Positions 59,253 to 64,000 of a DNA stretch of 64,000 bases are shown in pieces. The DNA comes from a virus. Every line of letters begins with the position of its first letter. Positions within the stretch are counted from its first letter, which is position 1. The translations under genes and the position numbers were made by a program. The stretch is from positions 7,894 to 71,893 of IMG/VR virus record IMGVR_UViG_3300032223_003183; one strand, written 5' to 3'. The notes under the pieces were generated by a model that saw only the letters and a list, made by a program, of their open reading frames with translations, was not told the DNA's origin and ran no database searches.

Positions 59253-59573
59253 ATGCCAAGCAGATACCAAATTATCTCTACAATGAAATCTGATACAGGT
59301 GTTACTTCAACATCAGGTAAAGATATGTATAAACCAACATATTACCCGGGTATTGATGCTCAACCTTCTGATAATTATATTTTAACAGGAACCACTGATA
59401 GATTAGATAACATAGCATTGGATTTTTATGGAGATGCTACTTTATGGTGGATAATAGCTATGGTAAATAATTTACCTGGTGATTCAATTTATCCTACTCA
59501 GGGTATGTATTTAAGAATACCAAAAGATTTATCTTTAATTTTATCAAAATACAATCAATCAAATACTATATAA
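59253..59573 (+). CDS. LysM-like baseplate wedge protein (T4 gp53 / P2 gpX-like)
   Basis: DRLDNIALDFYGDATLWWIIAMVN...G.YLRIP. Confidence 0.8.
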   Translation: MPSRYQIISTMKSDTGVTSTSGKDMYKPTYYPGIDAQPSDNYILTGTTDRLDNIALDFYGDATLWWIIAMVNNLPGDSIYPTQGMYLRIPKDLSLILSKYNQSNTI

Positions 59574-59579
59574 TAAGTT

Positions 59580-61976
59580 ATGGCGGATCTAGATTATACT
59601 AATATTGCGGGTTCTCCCTTTCAACCCTATGTGGCTGATCAAATAGAAAGACGTAAAGATTTAGTTTACAATGAATTAAGAACACCTGATCAACTCCAAT
59701 GGTTAACCAATAAAAATGTTTGGATTAGAGTAAGTTCTGGAGCTAACGTTTTATATGGTAGTAAAACATATGATGGGTTAGAAGGAGATGCTTTATCTAA
59801 AAAATATATTCTTCAAGGAGGAGTTTTAAGTCATCCTACTGCTGATGAATATAATTTACGTTATGGAGTAGGTGAAGATAACGCTTATGGTTTAAAACCA
59901 AAATCAAACGATTCTACAAGACCAGCTAATTTTGGAAATATTCCTATGCCTGGTATTACTAATATTTCTGTTAAAACAGGAGGTAAATTAGGTACCTTAA
60001 AAGAAACTACTATTGATTTTATGTGCTATAGTATAGAGCAACTTAATATAATGGAAGCTCTATATATGAAATTAGGATTTGGTTTATTGGTAGAATGGGG
60101 TCATACCTTTTTTATAAATAATGATAATGGAAAAGTAGAATCCAATATTCAACCATTACCTTTTTATGGTATTCATACCAAAGAAGACCTAATGGAAAAG
60201 ATTACTGAAAACCGAAAAAATTATAGTGGAAATTATGATGCTACTTGGGGTACTATTAAAAACTTCTCTTATTCCCTTACAGGAAATGGAGCTTTCAAAT
60301 GTCAAACTCAATTAGTAGGAGCAGGAGATATTTTAGAATCCTTAAAAGTAAATGTATCAGGAAAATTTAACAACCAATCTACATCAGAAAAAGATAAAGC
60401 TTCTAAAAATGTAGCCAATAACAATGTTGATACGGGTTCAATGTACCCTGTAATAGCAGATGCTAATTTATCTTTATTAAATGATGCTTTATATGATATA
60501 TTTAAAAATAATGTAATTAATGAAAATAATGTTGAAAGTTCATTTTTAGATTATAGTACACTTTATGTAAGTTGGTTAGATTCAATATATAATAATTATA
60601 ATACTAGTATATCTAATTTTTCTTCAAACCCTGAATTAGTAAGAAAGGGTTATAACTATCGTTTATTAAATACCCCTGGTATGAATGCTTCTACTACGGG
60701 CAATATAGATACTAAAGTTCCTGAAATTGATCCATTTAAATTCTTTGCAAGATTTATTATGGGGTATGAAATTAATGGAGACGAATTAAATAATAATGAC
60801 GTTACAAAACCAGGACTAGAACAAGTTTATATTACTTTAGGTCACTTTTTATTCCTTTTAAACCAACTAGGAATGATATATGATAGACCTGCATCTAATA
60901 AAAAAACAGAACAAAAACCTCATATCTACATAGATGTAAACCCTGAAACTAACAGATGTTACACATTTCCAGGACATATTTCTTTAGATCCTTCTATATG
61001 TTTAATAGGATCCGAAAAATTACCATTTGGAATTTCATCTGATATTTTCTCTCAAATCCAATCTCATTTCCCTTTTTATGGAAGTAATAAAAACGCACCT
61101 GGAATGGGAGATGCTGAATTAGGAGGAAAATTTATGTATACTTTAGTAAATATAAATTGGATTGCTAGTTTATTACAAAAATGGAGAGCTAATGATACTA
61201 AAGGAAATGTTTATTTTGTAGATTTAGTTAAAGATATTTTAGATGGGATTTCTAAAGCTACAGGAGGGTATAACGAATTTAGAATTGTACCTGATGACGA
61301 TTCAAGATGCATAAGAATACTAGATGATAGAAGAACAGTAGACTCTAATCAACCAATTCCTGATTATACTGAAATCCCAGTTTTAGGTACAAAAAGTATT
61401 GTTTATGATTTTAGTTATACTTCTAAAATTTCTCCTAACACAGCAGCTATGGTAGTAGTAGCAGCACAAGCCCAACCTTATGGAGTACAGGGAGCTGAAA
61501 ATGCTTTAGCTTTCTCTCATTTAAATAAGGGATTGTATAATAGATTAGGAACTGTAAAAGTAGATTCTGCTACTGATCTTAATCAAGCTGTAAGTACTAA
61601 TAATGATACTGAACAAAGGTACATAGAATTAAGAACCTATGTAGAAAACATATATAATGGAACTGGAGGAGCTAAAACTGAAACTGAAACCGCAGCTGCA
61701 GAAAGCAGTAAACAACAAGCTCAGTATGCTGGAGTAAGTGGAGGAGGAACAGGTTTCTCAGATATAAGATTAAAAAATAACATTAAATTAGTAAATGTTA
61801 TTGATGAATTAAATATTTACTCCTATAATTACATTTGGGATTCAGAAACATTATATGAAGGAGTAATAGCCCAAGAATTATTAGATACCAAATACTCAGA
61901 GGCCGTTATATTACTTGATAGTGGATATTATGTAGTAGATTATTCTAAATTACCTGTATCTTTAAAAATAAAATAA
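59580..61976 (+). CDS. Baseplate hub-like protein (N-terminal part) with a C-terminal peptidase S74-like autocleaving chaperone
   Basis: PMPGIT...G.LKE..I.F.C...LYMKLG..LLVEWG hub-like; ends FSDIRLKNNI...GVIAQEL...VDYSKL. Confidence 0.6.
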   Translation: MADLDYTNIAGSPFQPYVADQIERRKDLVYNELRTPDQLQWLTNKNVWIRVSSGANVLYGSKTYDGLEGDALSKKYILQGGVLSHPTADEYNLRYGVGEDNAYGLKPKSNDSTRPANFGNIPMPGITNISVKTGGKLGTLKETTIDFMCYSIEQLNIMEALYMKLGFGLLVEWGHTFFINNDNGKVESNIQPLPFYGIHTKEDLMEKITENRKNYSGNYDATWGTIKNFSYSLTGNGAFKCQTQLVGAGDILESLKVNVSGKFNNQSTSEKDKASKNVANNNVDTGSMYPVIADANLSLLNDALYDIFKNNVINENNVESSFLDYSTLYVSWLDSIYNNYNTSISNFSSNPELVRKGYNYRLLNTPGMNASTTGNIDTKVPEIDPFKFFARFIMGYEINGDELNNNDVTKPGLEQVYITLGHFLFLLNQLGMIYDRPASNKKTEQKPHIYIDVNPETNRCYTFPGHISLDPSICLIGSEKLPFGISSDIFSQIQSHFPFYGSNKNAPGMGDAELGGKFMYTLVNINWIASLLQKWRANDTKGNVYFVDLVKDILDGISKATGGYNEFRIVPDDDSRCIRILDDRRTVDSNQPIPDYTEIPVLGTKSIVYDFSYTSKISPNTAAMVVVAAQAQPYGVQGAENALAFSHLNKGLYNRLGTVKVDSATDLNQAVSTNNDTEQRYIELRTYVENIYNGTGGAKTETETAAAESSKQQAQYAGVSGGGTGFSDIRLKNNIKLVNVIDELNIYSYNYIWDSETLYEGVIAQELLDTKYSEAVILLDSGYYVVDYSKLPVSLKIK

Positions 61977-61977
61977 T

Positions 61978-63048
61978 ATGTCTTTAATATTAGATACATC
62001 AAAAACAGATTCATGTTTAAACTCATACAGAGAAGTATTTTCTGACCCTTTAAAATCAGGAGATGATAATTCTTTCAATCCTGGGGTTATATTACCACTA
62101 GATTTTAGTTTAGAAATGGATGGATTAAGTGGAATAATTCCTCACTCAGCTTTTGTAATACCAGCTGATTCTTTACCTCAATCTTACATAATTCAAGATG
62201 GGCCTGATAAAGGAAAACAAAAAATTGCTTTTATTTTACATACCATAGAGCAAAATTTTGGTAGTAATAAATGGACTACTAAAATAACAGGACAAGTACT
62301 TAGTATTAGATTTGAACCATTAACTGATGCAGAGAAAAAAGCTATTGCTGATGCTAAAGCAAAACAAAACTCATTAGCTAATTATAAAGACCCTAATAAA
62401 ATTAAAGTAAATCAAAACCCACCTGAACCACCAATTAAGGTAACTAGGGAAATGAATACTTTTGCTGAAGCTGCTAAAGCTGTTATAGTTAACCTTGAAG
62501 GAGGTTATTATGATGGTGGTGGTAATGGAGATCCTAGATATAATACTAGTGGTGAAACTATGTTTGGTATAGATAGATTAAGAAATGGTACTTGTGGTCC
62601 ATGTGTAAGATTTTGGAAAATTATGGATGATAATAATGCTAAAAATAAGTGGCCTTGGTTATACATTCCAAAAGATCCATTTAAAACTAACTTATTCAAT
62701 TTAGCCGTTGAAATACAAAGACCATATTATGAAAAATGGTCTAAAACTTACCTAGACAAAGATGTAAAAGCTTTAGTAGAATCTGATGGAAGATTATATT
62801 ATAATATGGTTTATGCATCATGGAATGGAGCAGGATGGTTTAAAGGATTTGCATCACTTCTTAATAATGCTTATCACAGAGGAGCTAAAACATCAGATAA
62901 ATTATTAGATGTTTTTGTTAGAGAAAGAATAAGTGGAGGTAAAATAGCTTATACATTAGGAACTGGACAAAACTTAGGATCAAAAGGTGCATCTTTAATT
63001 AGTGAATCAGGATATAAAATTGCAAAAGCTGTAGGAATAAAACTATAA
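61978..63048 (+). CDS. Baseplate hub C-terminal part fused to a lysozyme-like (GH108-like) domain
   Basis: LPLDFSLEMDGLSGI...F...LP..Y...F....IEQ....KWTTKI; then LEGGY...D....GETMFGI. Confidence 0.6.
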   Translation: MSLILDTSKTDSCLNSYREVFSDPLKSGDDNSFNPGVILPLDFSLEMDGLSGIIPHSAFVIPADSLPQSYIIQDGPDKGKQKIAFILHTIEQNFGSNKWTTKITGQVLSIRFEPLTDAEKKAIADAKAKQNSLANYKDPNKIKVNQNPPEPPIKVTREMNTFAEAAKAVIVNLEGGYYDGGGNGDPRYNTSGETMFGIDRLRNGTCGPCVRFWKIMDDNNAKNKWPWLYIPKDPFKTNLFNLAVEIQRPYYEKWSKTYLDKDVKALVESDGRLYYNMVYASWNGAGWFKGFASLLNNAYHRGAKTSDKLLDVFVRERISGGKIAYTLGTGQNLGSKGASLISESGYKIAKAVGIKL

Positions 63049-63051
63049 AAA

Positions 63052-63663
63052 ATGAAATATTTTCCAAAATCAAGAGTATTAACTAACCAAAAAGCAGATC
63101 AGAATCAATTTAAAACTTCTGATGGTAAGCCTTATACTGGTCCCTACTATACTACATTTAAAGGAGAATCATTTTCCGGAGTTAGTCCTACAAGTGGTAG
63201 TTCTTCCCCTTTATATGCAACACCAATTTCACAAGCTGGATTAACTCTAGGTATAGATGGTATTGCTAAAGCCCAATATAATCAGTTAAATCCAACTCCT
63301 ATTAATTTAGTTGACCCAACCCCATTTACACCACGTCCTACAGACGCAGATTATGCTGCAGGAAAAATTACAAGATATTTTGCTAGACAAAGAAATGGTA
63401 CTACATTTAGATTAATGGAAATTGATCAACCAACTTATGAAGCCTTTACTAAAGGTAGAGGAAATGCTAATACAGCTTTATGGAAAGTAGTTTCAATATT
63501 TTGGCAAATAAGTGGTCCACTTTATAATGAGAGAGTAAATGGAATACAAACACGAGCTGGTGTAATAGATACTAACCAAAGAATATTAGATAACACAGAA
63601 CCCAATTTTATAGGGATAAAACAATATCTAACAGATCTAACTCAATTCTATAAACCAGTTTAA
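63052..63663 (+). CDS. Hypothetical baseplate-region protein
   Basis: 203 aa; PT..DY..G.ITRYF motif. Confidence 0.55.
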   Translation: MKYFPKSRVLTNQKADQNQFKTSDGKPYTGPYYTTFKGESFSGVSPTSGSSSPLYATPISQAGLTLGIDGIAKAQYNQLNPTPINLVDPTPFTPRPTDADYAAGKITRYFARQRNGTTFRLMEIDQPTYEAFTKGRGNANTALWKVVSIFWQISGPLYNERVNGIQTRAGVIDTNQRILDNTEPNFIGIKQYLTDLTQFYKPV

Positions 63664-63687
63664 TATTTATTACAAAACACTAAAAAA

Positions 63688-63786
63688 ATGGCTGAAGGTC
63701 TTATCGTTGGTATTATCATATTTGGATGTATCCTTATGGTAATTGAATGTAAAGATTTACCCAAACATAATAAAAACAAATCATGA
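63688..63786 (+). CDS. Small membrane peptide (32 aa, not in ORF track)
   Basis: MAEGLIVGIIIFGCILMVIECKDLPKHNKNKS; TATTTATT at 63664. Confidence 0.4.
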   Translation: MAEGLIVGIIIFGCILMVIECKDLPKHNKNKS

Positions 63787-63998
63787 GCATTAAATTAAAA
63801 GAAATACTTGATCAAATCTTAAAAGAATCTGAAGAAAAAACATATACAGTTGATTACTGGTACAGATATGGAGATGAGAAAGAAATGGATGATATTGAAG
63901 TAAAAGCAACTTCTGAAGCTGAAGCTATTAAAAAAGCTAAAGCTAAAGCAAGAAAAGGTGCTATCGAATCTTCATTTGAAGCTAAAGAAAAATCAATA
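63783..63998 (+). CDS. Hypothetical protein, 3'-truncated; carries the shared MxIKL..IL.E leader
   Basis: MSIKLKEILDQILKESEEKTYTVDYWYRYG... open to the window end. Confidence 0.6.
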   Translation, partial: MSIKLKEILDQILKESEEKTYTVDYWYRYGDEKEMDDIEVKATSEAEAIKKAKAKARKGAIESSFEAKEKSI

Positions 63999-64000
63999 AA

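Noticed and set aside
45-62699. All minus-strand ORFs in the track (e.g. 10847-11083, 41878-42348, 47002-47373)
   Set aside because: They are short antisense shadows of long + strand genes with recognisable motifs and have no coherent protein features.
1-64000. Stop-codon reassignment (alternative genetic code)
   Set aside because: Core genes (terminase, portal, MCP, sheath) are full length in the standard code, and the apparent gene splits end in TAA.
1-64000. tRNA or rRNA genes
   Set aside because: No intergenic gap shows a cloverleaf or T-loop (GTTCRA) context; gaps are short and AT-rich. Not verified by tRNAscan.

Overview
AT-rich 64 kb segment of a large T4-like (contractile-tail) dsDNA phage genome. 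All credible genes lie on the + strand and read with the standard code. Gene order: baseplate/tail-associated genes (1-10 kb); GIY-YIG, primase and PD-(D/E)XK exonuclease; a 12.5-22 kb block of accessory proteins; FAD oxidoreductase and NadR-like kinase; the head module (terminase, portal, prohead protease, HNH endonuclease, scaffold, major capsid protein, PhoH); neck and tail-completion genes; a tail-fibre/adhesin region (40-51 kb); then sheath, tube, tail chaperone, tape measure and baseplate hub/lysozyme genes. SD-less A-rich start regions, SprB-like repeats and TTTG-N20-TATATT promoters suggest a Bacteroidota host (inference). Most interesting signals: (1) about 15 unrelated proteins, including a kinase, a nucleotidyltransferase, a HAD phosphatase, a nuclease-like, a ParB-like and a HiPIP-like protein, share an N-terminal 'MIKL..LL.E'-type leader and internal (L/I/V)xE linkers, suggesting a capsid-packaged, protease-processed enzyme cargo system; (2) a probable +1/-2 programmed frameshift at a T7 run upstream of the tape measure gene; (3) a recurrent TATTTAT(A/T) late-promoter-like motif; (4) RNA hairpins at the HNH gene and twin CCYAAT-loop hairpins in the scaffold/capsid leader; (5) baseplate genes apparently split by appended modules. 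All calls come from motif recognition by eye, with no database searches.
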